Part shown: piece after piece, positions 30,731 to 41,545 of the stretch
How positions within the stretch are numbered: the stretch's first letter is position 1
Layout: the number at the start of each line of letters is the position of its first letter
Source: Longimicrobiales bacterium
GTDB taxonomy: Bacteria > Gemmatimonadota > Gemmatimonadetes > Longimicrobiales > Gaopeijiaceae
Assembly (NCBI GenBank): GCA_965238005.1
Contig: OZ250165.1
Coordinates: 1,440,001-1,504,000 of the forward strand
Length of the DNA: 64,000 bases
Direction: 5' to 3'
Program-made: the position numbers and the translations under genes
The notes under the pieces: generated by a model
The model's input: only the letters and a program-made list of their open reading frames with translations
Databases searched by the model: none
What the model was told of the DNA's origin: nothing

Positions 30731-31861
30731 ATGCTGATCGGAATACCGAAGGAAATAAAGCGCGAGGAGTACCGTGTGGCCCTGACGCCGGCAGGTGCCG
30801 AAGCGTTGACGCACGCGGGCCACCAGGTCTTGCTGGAGGCCGGTGCAGGCCAGGGGAGCGGCTTCACCGACGACTTCTATGCGGCTGCCGGGGCCGAGCT
30901 GGTGCCCACCTCGGACGAGGTATGGGCCAGGGCCGAGATGATCATGAAGGTCAAGGAGCCCATCGAGCAGGAGTGGGGGAACATCCGGCCTGATCAGGTT
31001 CTCTTCACCTACTTCCATTTTGCGTCTTCCAAAGAGCTGACGCGGGCGCTCATCGCCTCCAAGGCCGTCGCTATCGCCTACGAGACGGTGGAGCTGCCCA
31101 GCGGTGAGCTGCCCCTTCTGACCCCCATGAGCGAGGTCGCGGGTCGCATGGCCGTACAGGAGGGCGCCAAGTACCTCGAGCGCCACTCGGGTGGCGCGGG
31201 CGTCCTCCTGGGCGGAGTGCCCGGAGTGCTACCCGGCAAGGTCGTCATCCTCGGGGGCGGCATCGTCGGAACCCACGCAGCGCTGATGGCTGCGGGCCTG
31301 GGTGCCCGGGTGGCGATCCTGGACGTATCCCTCGCTCGCCTCCGTCACCTCGAAGGCATCATGCCGGCCAACGTGAATCTGCTCTACTCCACCCGCTATG
31401 CCATCCGGAAGCAGATCGAGGACGCCGACCTGGTGGTGGGTGCGGTGCTACTCCATGGGGCCAAGGCGCCCAGCCTCATCCTCGAGGACGATCTGAAGGC
31501 CATGAAGCCGGGATCGGTGATCGTTGACGTGGCCGTGGACCAGGGCGGCTGCGTGGAGACGATTCGTCCCACCACACACGACGACCCGATCTACAGGGTC
31601 CACGACGTCATCCACTATGGTGTCGCCAACATGCCGGGCGGGGTGCCGAGAACGAGCACGCTCGCTCTGACCAACGCCACACTGCCCTATGCCATCACGC
31701 TCGCGACCAAGGGCTGGCGGGTGGCCTGCCTGGACGACCCAGCGCTGGCGTTGGGCGTGAACATCGTGGACGGGAACGTCACCTACGCCGGGGTCGCCGA
31801 GGCCTTCGGGCTGGAGTGTGTGAACGTGGAGCACCTCCTCCACCCGGCCCCACAGGTCTGA
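30731..31861 (+). CDS. ald: Alanine dehydrogenase
   Basis: IGIPKEIK..E.RVA, KVKEP, PMSEVAGR, DQGGC.ET, VANMPG. Confidence 0.96.
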   Translation: MLIGIPKEIKREEYRVALTPAGAEALTHAGHQVLLEAGAGQGSGFTDDFYAAAGAELVPTSDEVWARAEMIMKVKEPIEQEWGNIRPDQVLFTYFHFASSKELTRALIASKAVAIAYETVELPSGELPLLTPMSEVAGRMAVQEGAKYLERHSGGAGVLLGGVPGVLPGKVVILGGGIVGTHAALMAAGLGARVAILDVSLARLRHLEGIMPANVNLLYSTRYAIRKQIEDADLVVGAVLLHGAKAPSLILEDDLKAMKPGSVIVDVAVDQGGCVETIRPTTHDDPIYRVHDVIHYGVANMPGGVPRTSTLALTNATLPYAITLATKGWRVACLDDPALALGVNIVDGNVTYAGVAEAFGLECVNVEHLLHPAPQV

Positions 31862-31866
31862 CGCCG

Positions 31867-32310
31867 TTGAGCGACCTCGTACGCTTCGTGCGCCTCCCGA
31901 GCAATCCGGATCTTCCGTTGCCGGCCCGCGCAACGGAGCTGGCCGCCGGGTACGATGTCCGCTCGGCCGAAGAAGACTTCGTGCTCGAGCCGCGGGAGAT
32001 CCGGCTGGTCGCCACGGGCCTCACCATGGAACTGCCCGAGGGATTAGAGTGTCAGGTCCGGCCGCGGTCGGGCCTGGCGCTCCGGCACGGGATCACCCTC
32101 CCCAACAGCCCGGGGACCATCGACCCGGATTACAGGGGCGAGCTGCGCATCATCATGCAGAACAACGGAAGCGAGTCCGTCCGTATCGAGCGCGGGGAGC
32201 GGATCGCCCAGTTCGTCTTTCAGCGCTTTGCTACGCCCGAAGTTGTGGAGTGCGATGAACTCGGTTCCACCGGAAGGAGTTCGGAAGGCTTCGGAAGCAC
32301 GGGACGATGA
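31867..32310 (+). CDS. dut: dUTP diphosphatase
   Basis: AGYD, RPRSGLA, GTID.DYRGE, RIAQ, GFGSTG. Confidence 0.96.
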   Translation: MSDLVRFVRLPSNPDLPLPARATELAAGYDVRSAEEDFVLEPREIRLVATGLTMELPEGLECQVRPRSGLALRHGITLPNSPGTIDPDYRGELRIIMQNNGSESVRIERGERIAQFVFQRFATPEVVECDELGSTGRSSEGFGSTGR

Positions 32311-32455
32311 CAGCCGACGGCCCGGACGCTGCAACTCACAGTTTGACAATGACTTGACGCCACATTTCTTGCAGGCATCTTGAGGTGATGATAGTGTGGT
32401 GTCTGCAAGATTCTGAGACCAGAGAGAATCTCCGATAGCCCAGACCTTCACCAAA

Positions 32456-33481
32456 TTGCTTGAAACCTACCGGTTGATCCCCGTGAACGACATCGCGGTG
32501 GATCTCGGGACGGCGAATACCCTCGTATACGTGAAGGGCGAGGGAATCGTCCTCAACGAGCCCTCGGTTGTGGCGGTGGACAAGGCGTCCGGCCGGATCA
32601 TGGGTGTCGGGCTCGAGGCCAAACGCATGCTGGGCCGTACGCCCGAAGGGATCGAAGCCGTTCGGCCCCTCAAGGACGGAGTCATCGCCGACGTCGACGT
32701 GACGGAGTTGATGCTCCGTCACTTCCTGAAGCAGGTGACCGCCAAGCGGGTCTTCCAGATCAAGCCCAGGGTCGTCGTGGGTGTACCGTCGGGAATCACG
32801 GAGCTGGAGCGACGGGCAGTGCGCTCCAGCGCGATCTCTGCGGGTGCGAAGGCCGTCTACATGGTCGCCGAGCCCATGGCTGCGGCTATCGGCGTGGGCC
32901 TGTCGGTGGAGACTCCCACGGGCAACATGGTCATCGACATCGGGGGTGGAACCACCGAGATCGCGATCATCGCGCTGGCGGGCATCGTTTCGAACACGTC
33001 GATCCGGGTCGGTGGGGACGAGCTCGACGCGGCCATCGTGACGTTCCTCCGCAAGAACTACAACCTTCTGATCGGAGAGCCGACGGCAGAAGCCATCAAG
33101 ATCCAGATCGGATCGGCCTTCGAATCCGGAGAGGAGCGGGAGATGGACGTGAAGGGGAGGGACCTCGTGAGTGGCATCCCCAAGACCGTCCACGTGCACT
33201 CGCAGGAGATCCGTGAGTGCATCCAGGAGCCTATCCAGGCGGTGGTGGAGGCCGTTCGGCGTGCTCTGGAGATCACGCCCCCCGAGCTCTCCAGCGACAT
33301 CGTGGACCGTGGAATCGTGATGACGGGGGGCGGCGCCCTAATCCGGGGCCTGGACCGGCTTCTGCAGCATGAGACGAACCTGCCCATCCACGTGGACGAG
33401 GAGCCTCTCACGTGCGTGGTGCGGGGAGCTGGCCGGATCCTGGATGACCTACGGAAATACCGCACGGTGTTGGCGACATAG
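32456..33481 (+). CDS. mreB: Rod shape-determining protein MreB
   Basis: DLGTANT, PLKDGVIAD, EPMAAAIG, DIGGGTTE, TGGGAL. Confidence 0.97.
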   Translation: MLETYRLIPVNDIAVDLGTANTLVYVKGEGIVLNEPSVVAVDKASGRIMGVGLEAKRMLGRTPEGIEAVRPLKDGVIADVDVTELMLRHFLKQVTAKRVFQIKPRVVVGVPSGITELERRAVRSSAISAGAKAVYMVAEPMAAAIGVGLSVETPTGNMVIDIGGGTTEIAIIALAGIVSNTSIRVGGDELDAAIVTFLRKNYNLLIGEPTAEAIKIQIGSAFESGEEREMDVKGRDLVSGIPKTVHVHSQEIRECIQEPIQAVVEAVRRALEITPPELSSDIVDRGIVMTGGGALIRGLDRLLQHETNLPIHVDEEPLTCVVRGAGRILDDLRKYRTVLAT

Positions 33482-33542
33482 TGTAGGAGTCTTGGAGAGC
33501 CTACACTGACCACCCCACCCTCTTCAGGGGCTCGGCAGCGCC

Positions 33543-34403
33543 ATGCCAACGTACACCGATGAGACCAATGGGACGAAACCGAGCCGAAGCGGGCTGATCG
33601 CCCTCGGGTTCGTCGTCGTCTCCCTCCTGGTGCTGTACTTCCCGGACGGAGCGCAACAGCAGTTGGCTTCGCTCATGCGGGGTAGCATCCTCCGACCCTT
33701 CGTGATGACCCAGGAGGGCCTCGCCCGCAGGCGTGTGCACGCCGCGAAGACCGAAGCCCTACAGCTGCAGTTGGACTCGTTGGCGTCGGTCCTCTCAGAT
33801 CAAACCACGTTGGCGGAAGAGAACGATCGTCTCCGGCGCCTTCTCGATCTGTCCCAGCGGCTCTCGTCGATGTATGTGGCGGCCAGCGTGATCCGGCCGG
33901 GGACGCCGGGCTCCGAGAGCATGTTCCTCCTGGACGCCGGAGGCCGTCGCGGTGTGGTGGCCAACACGCCCGTGATCATGGGGCGAGGGCTCCTCGGCGT
34001 GGTGCGGGAGTCCCGCGAGAACAACGCGGTCGGAATGGATTGGACCCATCCGGAGTTCCGCGCCAGCGCCATGACGCTGGATGGCGCCGTGTATGGTCTG
34101 GTGCAGGCTAACCGGGGGTTGTTCCGGGAGTCCGATCGGCTGCTGCTGGACGGGATTCCGTTCCATCAGGAGCTGGCGCCCGGGACTGTTCTGGTCACGA
34201 GCGCCCTCGGTGGGGTCTACCCCCGGGGCATCCCCATCGGCACGGTCATCGAAGAGGCCGAGTCGCGGGCCGGTTGGCGGCGTTCCTATTGGTTGCGCCC
34301 GTTCGTGTCCCCCGGAGAGGCTACGCACGTGCTCGTTCTGGTGCCCGACGAGGCGTCCAAAGACCTGACCGACGTCTGGTCGCAGGGAGAGCCGGGTTCG
34401 TGA
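33543..34403 (+). CDS. mreC: Rod shape-determining protein MreC
   Basis: TM, coiled coil EN.RLR.LL, TS.LGG.YP.GIPIG; operon position. Confidence 0.9.
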   Translation: MPTYTDETNGTKPSRSGLIALGFVVVSLLVLYFPDGAQQQLASLMRGSILRPFVMTQEGLARRRVHAAKTEALQLQLDSLASVLSDQTTLAEENDRLRRLLDLSQRLSSMYVAASVIRPGTPGSESMFLLDAGGRRGVVANTPVIMGRGLLGVVRESRENNAVGMDWTHPEFRASAMTLDGAVYGLVQANRGLFRESDRLLLDGIPFHQELAPGTVLVTSALGGVYPRGIPIGTVIEEAESRAGWRRSYWLRPFVSPGEATHVLVLVPDEASKDLTDVWSQGEPGS

Positions 34404-34882
34404 AGGGTCCTCTCAGGGTGTGGGGTGTCGTCGGGCTCCTCGTCCTCCTGCACTTCGGCCTTCATCTGAGTCTCGGCCTGGGCAGGAGCGCTCCCGACCT
34501 GCTCATCGTGGCTCTCCTGATCGCCGCCCGCGAAGTGGGGGCGGGGGCCGGAGCCGGCCTGGGGTTTCTATTCGGGCTCATGGACGACGCCTTCTCGGTG
34601 CTGGCCTTCGGAGCCAACACCTTCGCTCTGACTCTCGTCGGGGCGGCGGGAGCCAAGACGAGGGATCTGTTCGTGGGTGACTCCCTCATCTTCATGGTGT
34701 CGTATCTCGTCTTCGGAAAGTGGTGCAGGGATCTCCTTCATTGGGTTGCGGTAGGCGAGGCGGTGAGAGAACCTTTCCTCGATACGATGTTGATCAACTC
34801 GCCGCTGGCCGCGGCATACGCCGCTTTGATCGGACTGGGTGCGATAGTGATCAGCGGCATCGGGTGGGAGACCGTACGGTGA
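34400..34882 (+). CDS. mreD: Rod shape-determining protein MreD
   Basis: Multi-TM, PDLL, GF.FGL..D; GTGA overlaps with both neighbours. Confidence 0.88.
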   Translation: MKGPLRVWGVVGLLVLLHFGLHLSLGLGRSAPDLLIVALLIAAREVGAGAGAGLGFLFGLMDDAFSVLAFGANTFALTLVGAAGAKTRDLFVGDSLIFMVSYLVFGKWCRDLLHWVAVGEAVREPFLDTMLINSPLAAAYAALIGLGAIVISGIGWETVR

Positions 34883-36711
34883 GAGTGCAGCACCCACACC
34901 GCAGGAGACGACGGGCCCACGGGGCGCTGGGAATCGCTGCCATCGTCATCGGAGCTCTGGCCCTGCAGTTCTTTCGGGTCCAGGTACTCCGCTCCAGCGA
35001 CTACAAGCTCCGCTCGGAGTCCAACCGCTTGCGTCCTTCGGCGGTCCCTGCCCCCCGGGGGACGGTCTTCGACCGATACGCGCGTGTCATCGCCGACAAC
35101 GTTCCGGGGTACGCGGTTTACGTTCTCAGGGACTCGCGGGAGTCCACCCGGGAAGCCCTGGAGCGACTGCGACCCCATCTTGGGCTCTCCCACGAGAGGA
35201 TCGAGAGCCTCATGGAGCGGGTGCGTCGCCATGAGCCCCTCCTCGTGGACATCGACGCCGACTTCGCAGCCATCGCCATTTTGGAGGAGCGCCGGGAAGA
35301 CTTCCCTGGGGTCTACATCGAGATGCGACCCAAGCGCCGCTATATCGGGGGGGCGGCGGTGGGGCATGCCCTCGGGTACGTCGGCGAGGTAACGGCCGAA
35401 GAGCTCGAGACGGCCCGCTTCGCCGAATACGAGCAGGGGATGCTCGTCGGGCAGGTCGGAGTCGAGCGCCAGTACGAGGATAGGCTCCAGGGTCGGCAGG
35501 GGATGCGTTACCTGGAGGTGGACGCCACGGGGCGCATCGTGGGCCCATTGGCCGGCATCGAGGAGGACCCGGGACAGCCCGGCGAAGATCTTGAGCTCAC
35601 GCTCGATCTGGAGCTGATGGAGTGGGTCCATCGGATCTTCCCGGATTCCCTGTCTGGCGCCGTGGTCGCGTTGGACCCGGCGGACGGCGGCGTATTGGCC
35701 CTGTACTCGGCTCCGACGTTCGACCCCAACGCCTTCGTGGGAGGCATCAGCACCGAGGACTGGGAGGCCCTCGACACCGATCCACAAAAGCCTCTTGTCA
35801 ATCGAGCCGTGATGGGTCTCTATCCCCCGGCGTCGACGTGGAAGCTGGCCGCGGCCGGCATCGCCCTCGAGCTCGGAGTCGTGGGTCCACATGAGGAGAT
35901 GCCGATTCCGTGCACCGGCGGATTGGTGTACGGCGGCGAGTATCGCTCGTGCTGGCTTCCCTCGGGCCACGGCTCTCTCGACCTCGCCGGGGCCATCGCC
36001 CAGTCATGCAACGTGTACTTCTATCAGCTCGGCATGAAGATCGGACTGGATCGCATGTTGGAGGCGGGTACTCGGATCGGGTTCGCAGAACAGTGCGGCA
36101 TCGACCTTCCACAGGAGAGCCGGGGCATCTTTCCTGGCGAGAGGGCTTTTTGGGAGCGCCGATTCGGCTATCGTCCGCTCGAGGGTGAGGTCCTGAGTTT
36201 GGCCATCGGCCAGGGACCGAACTCCCAGACGCCTCTCAAGATGGCCCAGTTCTACCTGGCGCTCGCCCGCGACGGATCGGCTCCGGCCCCACACCTGCTG
36301 AAGAGCCCGGATCCGCGGGAGGGCTGGCGGCTGAACCTCTCTCGCGAGAGCATCGAGCAGCTCCGGGAGGGGATTCGGCGGGTCACTGCCCCTGGCGGTA
36401 CGGCGCACTACCGGGCCTCCCTCGAGCATTGGGAGATCATCGGCAAGACGGGAAGCGGACAGAACGCGCAGGACCCCGAACGTGCCCACGCGTGGTTCGC
36501 GGGCATGGCGGGCCCCTGGGGCGCAGAGCCGGAGATCGTGGTCGTGGCTCTGGTCGAGTTCGGTGGGAGCGGCTCCGCGATGGCGGCGCCCATCGCCGCC
36601 AAGACCGCCGACTTCTACCTCCGACGGAAGCACGGTATTCCGGTGGACACCATCCAGACCTTCGCCGAGCACGTGGAGGCGGGCAGACCGGCACCGTGGG
36701 CTCGTTGGTGA
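34879..36711 (+). CDS. mrdA: Penicillin-binding protein 2
   Basis: APRG..FDR, YPPASTWK (SxxK), SCN, KTG. Confidence 0.95.
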   Translation: MRVQHPHRRRRRAHGALGIAAIVIGALALQFFRVQVLRSSDYKLRSESNRLRPSAVPAPRGTVFDRYARVIADNVPGYAVYVLRDSRESTREALERLRPHLGLSHERIESLMERVRRHEPLLVDIDADFAAIAILEERREDFPGVYIEMRPKRRYIGGAAVGHALGYVGEVTAEELETARFAEYEQGMLVGQVGVERQYEDRLQGRQGMRYLEVDATGRIVGPLAGIEEDPGQPGEDLELTLDLELMEWVHRIFPDSLSGAVVALDPADGGVLALYSAPTFDPNAFVGGISTEDWEALDTDPQKPLVNRAVMGLYPPASTWKLAAAGIALELGVVGPHEEMPIPCTGGLVYGGEYRSCWLPSGHGSLDLAGAIAQSCNVYFYQLGMKIGLDRMLEAGTRIGFAEQCGIDLPQESRGIFPGERAFWERRFGYRPLEGEVLSLAIGQGPNSQTPLKMAQFYLALARDGSAPAPHLLKSPDPREGWRLNLSRESIEQLREGIRRVTAPGGTAHYRASLEHWEIIGKTGSGQNAQDPERAHAWFAGMAGPWGAEPEIVVVALVEFGGSGSAMAAPIAAKTADFYLRRKHGIPVDTIQTFAEHVEAGRPAPWARW

Positions 36712-36747
36712 GCGCGAAGGGCACGAAAGGGGCGGCTAGGCTCCTCG

Positions 36748-37986
36748 GTGTTCCGTAGAGCCTTCGCCCGTTGGGCCGGAGCCCCCGCGCTGGTCCTGGC
36801 CGTCATGCTCATGACAGCGTTCGGGATCGCCATGATCTATTCGGCAGGCGTCCTCAACATTCCGCGCTCCGTCACGGAGGGAGCGTGGATTCGCCAGGCC
36901 CGCTGGTTCGTGCTCGCCCTCGTGGCCTTTACCGTGGTCCGCCAGCTGCGCCCTCGCTGGTTCGAGTGGGTCGCCCTACCCGCATACGGCCTCAGCGTCC
37001 TGCTCCTGGGGATGACACTTGTGGTAGGTACCGTATCCGGGACGGCTACGGGGGTGAAGAGCTTCCTGGACCTCGGGTTCATCCGGTTCCAGCCGGCGGA
37101 GCTCGCCAAGTTGGCGACCATCCTCGCCCTGGCCCGCTATCTGGGGACTCGCTCCGAAGATCCCACGACCCTCCGGGCCCTGCTCACTCCGTCGGCCATC
37201 GTCGGCATCCCCCTGGGATTGGTGATTCTCCAGCCCGATCTCGGGACGGCTCTCGCCTTCGTGGGGATCCTCTTCGCCGCTCTCTATTGGGCGGGTGCCC
37301 CCATCGGGCTCCTGGCGTTCCTGGCGAGTCCCGGGGTCGCGTTGATCTTGAGCTTCGACAACCGGATCTGGGCCGTGTTCTTCGTGGTCGTCGTAGGCTC
37401 TCTCTACTTCTTTCGCTACCGTCTGTTTCTGGTGGAGTCTCTGACCATCGTCCTGGCGAATCTCGCGGCGGGAACCATCGCGACCCCCCTCTGGAACTCC
37501 CTGGCCGAGTACCAGCAGAACCGCATTCTGGTCTTTCTGGACCCCAGCGTCGATCCGCGTGGGGCGGCGTATCATCTCATACAGTCCATGGTCGCCATCG
37601 GCAGCGGCGGGCTGAGCGGGAAGGGGTTCACCGAGGGGACCCAGAAGAGGTTGGACTTCCTCCCCGAGCAGCACACGGACTTTATCTTCTCGGTCGTCGG
37701 TGAGGAGTTGGGCTTTCTCGGAACCGGGCTGGCCCTGGCCCTGTTCGCCTTCATCCTGTACCGCCTCGTGAAAATGGCCGAAGAGGCCGCGGATCCATTT
37801 GCAGGCCTGGTGATCTTCGGTATCTTCGGAGCCTGGCTGGTCCACATTTTCGTGAATGTCGGCATGACCGTCGGCATGGTACCGGTCACGGGAATACCCC
37901 TACCCTTCGTTAGCTACGGCGGAACCTTCCTCCTCATGTCCTGGATCGCCGTCGCGATGGCGGCTAGGGTCGCATACGAGGGATGA
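36748..37986 (+). CDS. rodA: Rod shape-determining protein RodA
   Basis: QPAELAK, QPDLGT, AIGSGG, PEQHTDFIF, PVTGIPLPFVSYGG. Confidence 0.95.
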   Translation: MFRRAFARWAGAPALVLAVMLMTAFGIAMIYSAGVLNIPRSVTEGAWIRQARWFVLALVAFTVVRQLRPRWFEWVALPAYGLSVLLLGMTLVVGTVSGTATGVKSFLDLGFIRFQPAELAKLATILALARYLGTRSEDPTTLRALLTPSAIVGIPLGLVILQPDLGTALAFVGILFAALYWAGAPIGLLAFLASPGVALILSFDNRIWAVFFVVVVGSLYFFRYRLFLVESLTIVLANLAAGTIATPLWNSLAEYQQNRILVFLDPSVDPRGAAYHLIQSMVAIGSGGLSGKGFTEGTQKRLDFLPEQHTDFIFSVVGEELGFLGTGLALALFAFILYRLVKMAEEAADPFAGLVIFGIFGAWLVHIFVNVGMTVGMVPVTGIPLPFVSYGGTFLLMSWIAVAMAARVAYEG

Positions 37987-37995
37987 GCCCAGCCA

Positions 37996-38835
37996 ATGGC
38001 CTGGTTTCGGAAAGACAAACAGCCCCTCAAGGCGGAAGACAGGCGCGACGTACCGTCCGACGTGTTCGACAAGTGCCAGGGGTGCGGGGAGATTCTCTAC
38101 GGCGAAAAGCTTACCCAAAACCTCAAGGTGTGCCCCGCCTGTGGCCACCACTTCCGCATAACGGCGGAGAGGTACGTCGAGATCCTCCTTGACGAAGGAT
38201 CCTTCGAGGAGATCGACCGCGACATCGGCAGCGCCGATCCCCTCGGATTCCAGGACCTCAAGCCGTATAAGGCCCGCCTGGAGGCCGCAGAGTCCAAGGT
38301 CGGCAGGAAGGAGGCCGTCCTGTCGGGGACCGGGAGGGTCGAGGGTATGGGCGTGGCTCTGGCGGTCATGGATTTCCGCTTCGTCGGCGGCTCCATGGGG
38401 TCCGTGGTGGGGGAGAAGATCGCGCGTGCTGGCCAGGCCGCTCTTGAACGTAGGGAGCCTCTCGTGGTCGTCAGCGCCTCAGGCGGTGCTCGGATGCAGG
38501 AGGGTATCTACTCCCTGATGCAGATGGCCAAGACGTCTGCCGTGCTTGCTCGTCTCCACGAAGCCGGTCTCCCCTATATCGCAGTGCTCACGGATCCTAC
38601 CACCGGTGGCGTAACGGCGTCCCACGCCATGCTCGGGGACGTGAACCTCGCCGAGCCAGGGGCCCTCATCGGGTTCGCCGGCCCCCGGGTCATCGAAGAG
38701 ACCATCCGCCAGGAGCTTCCGGAGGGATTTCAGCGTTCCGAGTTCTTGCTCCAGCACGGGATGATCGACCGGGTCGTGGACCGGCGAGAGCTAAAGGCCA
38801 CGGTGGCCACCCTCCTCCGCCACATGATCGACTGA
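37996..38835 (+). CDS. accD: Acetyl-CoA carboxylase carboxyltransferase beta
   Basis: C4 zinc finger, [35 protein letters not shown]. Confidence 0.97.
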   Translation: MAWFRKDKQPLKAEDRRDVPSDVFDKCQGCGEILYGEKLTQNLKVCPACGHHFRITAERYVEILLDEGSFEEIDRDIGSADPLGFQDLKPYKARLEAAESKVGRKEAVLSGTGRVEGMGVALAVMDFRFVGGSMGSVVGEKIARAGQAALERREPLVVVSASGGARMQEGIYSLMQMAKTSAVLARLHEAGLPYIAVLTDPTTGGVTASHAMLGDVNLAEPGALIGFAGPRVIEETIRQELPEGFQRSEFLLQHGMIDRVVDRRELKATVATLLRHMID

Positions 38836-40202
38836 TGGAAGGACCCGACCTGTCTCCGGGTTACTTATCCGTTCTGTCTCCCGCCCGACTCGACTCCGCG
38901 GCGGGTGACCCCTTCTTGGACGAGCTGCTCCCCCGGCTCACGCACGGCGTCCACTGGGGCCTCTCCCGGATGGAGGCCTTCCTCCGGGGCACGGGGGACC
39001 CCCACCGCTCGTATCCGAGCGTTCATTTGGGAGGAACGAACGGGAAGGGGTCCGTGGCGTCTACCGTGTCTGCGGCTCTCGAACGAGGGGGGAGCACTAC
39101 CGGACTCTACACCTCTCCGCACCTGTGCTCCTTCCGTGAGCGGTTTCAGGTGGCCGGCCATCCGGTGGAGGAAGGCGAGCTGCGAGAGCTCATACGGGAC
39201 CTGAGAGACGACATCGTCCGTCACGAGCTGACCTTCTTCGAGGCCGCCACGGCCTTGGCGTTCCACCTGTTCCAACGTCGAAGCGTGGACGTGGCCGTCA
39301 TCGAGGTGGGCCTGGGGGGGCGGCTGGACGCCACCAACGTCGTCACGCCGCTGATCACCGCAATCACCAATGTGGCCAAGGACCATTCGGAGTACCTGGG
39401 TGAGACGCTGTCCGAGATCGCCCGGGAGAAGGCCGGTATTATCAAGGCCGGCGTTCCACTGCTCACCGGTGAAAGCGATGAGCAAATGCTGTCGGTCTTC
39501 GAGGACGTCTGCGACCGGATGGAGGCTCCCTTCTCGCCCCTGCGCCTCGACCCGGAAGAGATGGATCTCGAGATCACCGAGGCTCACACGTCCTTTACGG
39601 TCTCCACCCACGTGTGGGGATCGCTCCGGGTCCGCACCCCGCTGGTGGGTGAGCACCAGGCCATCAACGGTGCGCTGTCTGTAGCGATCCTCGGGCACCT
39701 GCCGGAGTCGCTTCGTCCCGATGCGCGGACCGTTCTGGATGGGATCGAGAGCGTCTGTTGGCCCGGGCGCTCTCAGGTCGTGCACCTCGACGGTCAGACA
39801 TGGCTCTTCGATGTGGCTCATAACCCGGCCGGCGCCTACGCCCTGGCGTCCGTGCTGGAGCGACTCGCGCTGCCGCGGCCGATGGTCTTGCTGACTGCCG
39901 TGCTCGGGGACAAGGACTGGCGCTCCATCCTGCCGCCACTCTTCGCGAGGACCGACCACGCGGTCTTCACCCAGGCGCCTTCGGCCCCACCGGAGCGGCG
40001 CTGGGATCCCTATGTCGCGTCACTGGCCGTGGGCCGTTCCGAGGCCGAGATCCGTCCCGACTTCGGCGAGGCCCTCGAACGGGCCAAGGAGCTTGCCGGG
40101 TCGGGGACCATCGTTGTGACGGGCTCGAACCACACCGTCGGTGACGCCCTCGGGGCCCTCGATCTGTCGCCGTTCCAGCAACCACCGGGCCGGGGATCCT
40201 GA
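38835..40202 (+). CDS. folC: Folylpolyglutamate synthase / dihydrofolate synthase
   Basis: GTNGKGS, YTSPHL, EVGLGGRLDATN, EKAGI, WPGR, DVAHN. Confidence 0.95.
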   Translation: MEGPDLSPGYLSVLSPARLDSAAGDPFLDELLPRLTHGVHWGLSRMEAFLRGTGDPHRSYPSVHLGGTNGKGSVASTVSAALERGGSTTGLYTSPHLCSFRERFQVAGHPVEEGELRELIRDLRDDIVRHELTFFEAATALAFHLFQRRSVDVAVIEVGLGGRLDATNVVTPLITAITNVAKDHSEYLGETLSEIAREKAGIIKAGVPLLTGESDEQMLSVFEDVCDRMEAPFSPLRLDPEEMDLEITEAHTSFTVSTHVWGSLRVRTPLVGEHQAINGALSVAILGHLPESLRPDARTVLDGIESVCWPGRSQVVHLDGQTWLFDVAHNPAGAYALASVLERLALPRPMVLLTAVLGDKDWRSILPPLFARTDHAVFTQAPSAPPERRWDPYVASLAVGRSEAEIRPDFGEALERAKELAGSGTIVVTGSNHTVGDALGALDLSPFQQPPGRGS

Positions 40203-40261
40203 GACGGCAGAAGAGCCCGCGGCCACTGTACATTTGAGACGTCTGGTTTAGATTCGCCCGC

Positions 40262-41545
40262 ATGTCGAAGCCAATCTTCGCGCGCCTTCCTGGATTCCGT
40301 GACTTTATCCCGGAAGAATTCGCCTTCCGCGAGCATATCTTGGACGCCTGGCGCCGGGTCTCCCGCCGCTACGGTTTCTTGGAATACGACGGTCCCCCCC
40401 TGGAGCCTCTCGGACTCTACGTGGAGAAGAGTGGCGAGGAGATCGTCGGCCAGCTGTACCACTTCCAGGACAAAGGTGAGCGGGAGGTCTCGCTACGTCC
40501 CGAAATGACGCCGTCCCTTGCCCGCATCCTGGCCGAGCACAGCCGCTCCCTGGCCAAGCCCATCCGCTGGTTCTCCGTACCGCAGCTCTTCCGCTACGAG
40601 CGTCAGCAGAGGGGCCGCCTCAGGGAGCACTTCCAGTGGAACGTAGATGTTGTGGGCGAGGAGGGCGTTGCCGCGGATGTTGAGGTACTGGCCGTGGGGC
40701 TGGACGGACTCCGCGAGCTCGGACTCGGCCCCGACGATATCCTGGCACGGGTTTCCGATCGACGCCTGCTGTCCGAGGTGCTCTCGGCTTTCGGAGTAGA
40801 AGAGGAGCGTCTCGTCACGGCTTTCGCCGTCATCGACAAGCTCGAGCGCGCGAGTCCCGACCGCTCCCTCGAGAGACTCCGGACCGAGGGGGGCCTCAAC
40901 GAGGACAACGCGCGTGTGGCGCTGGAGCTGTTCGAGGAAGGGACCTTGGAGGGGGTCGCGTCCCGCCTGGGCGATCAGGAGGGCGTAGCCCCAGAGCTGG
41001 AGCGTCTCGAGGCCTACTTCGACCAGCTCGAGGCCATGGGCCTGGGTCCGTACGTGCAGTTCGATCTCAGGATCGTCCGAGGGCTGGCCTATTACACCGG
41101 AATCGTCTTCGAGCTCTTCGACCGAAAGGGGGAGCTTCGGGCCATCTGTGGAGGCGGTCGGTATGACAGGCTCCTGGAGCTCGTTGGAGGTGACCCCCTT
41201 CCCGCCGTCGGGTTCGGCATGGGAGACGTGGTCCTCGGGGACCTGATCCGCGAGCGAGGGCTCATGCCCGAGACTCGCCCCCAGGTGGACTACTATATCG
41301 TCGTCATCGGGGAAGAGCACCGGAAGCTTGCGCTCTCCATAGCCCACGCCAATCGCGACCGCGGCTTGAGCGTGCTTTATGGGCTGAAGGAGCAGTCGGT
41401 GCGAAAGCAGTTCACGGCCGCCGGGAACGCGGGAGCTCGGGACGTCATCGTCCTCGGTCCCGACGAGGTTGCTCGGGGCCGGGCCGTGATCCGGAATATG
41501 GCCTCCGGGGAGGAACGGGAAGTACCCCTGGAGGAGCTCGAATGA
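40262..41545 (+). CDS. hisS: Histidine--tRNA ligase
   Basis: LRPEMT, FRYER.QRGR.REH.Q, RGLAYYTG, GGGRYD. Confidence 0.96.
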   Translation: MSKPIFARLPGFRDFIPEEFAFREHILDAWRRVSRRYGFLEYDGPPLEPLGLYVEKSGEEIVGQLYHFQDKGEREVSLRPEMTPSLARILAEHSRSLAKPIRWFSVPQLFRYERQQRGRLREHFQWNVDVVGEEGVAADVEVLAVGLDGLRELGLGPDDILARVSDRRLLSEVLSAFGVEEERLVTAFAVIDKLERASPDRSLERLRTEGGLNEDNARVALELFEEGTLEGVASRLGDQEGVAPELERLEAYFDQLEAMGLGPYVQFDLRIVRGLAYYTGIVFELFDRKGELRAICGGGRYDRLLELVGGDPLPAVGFGMGDVVLGDLIRERGLMPETRPQVDYYIVVIGEEHRKLALSIAHANRDRGLSVLYGLKEQSVRKQFTAAGNAGARDVIVLGPDEVARGRAVIRNMASGEEREVPLEELE

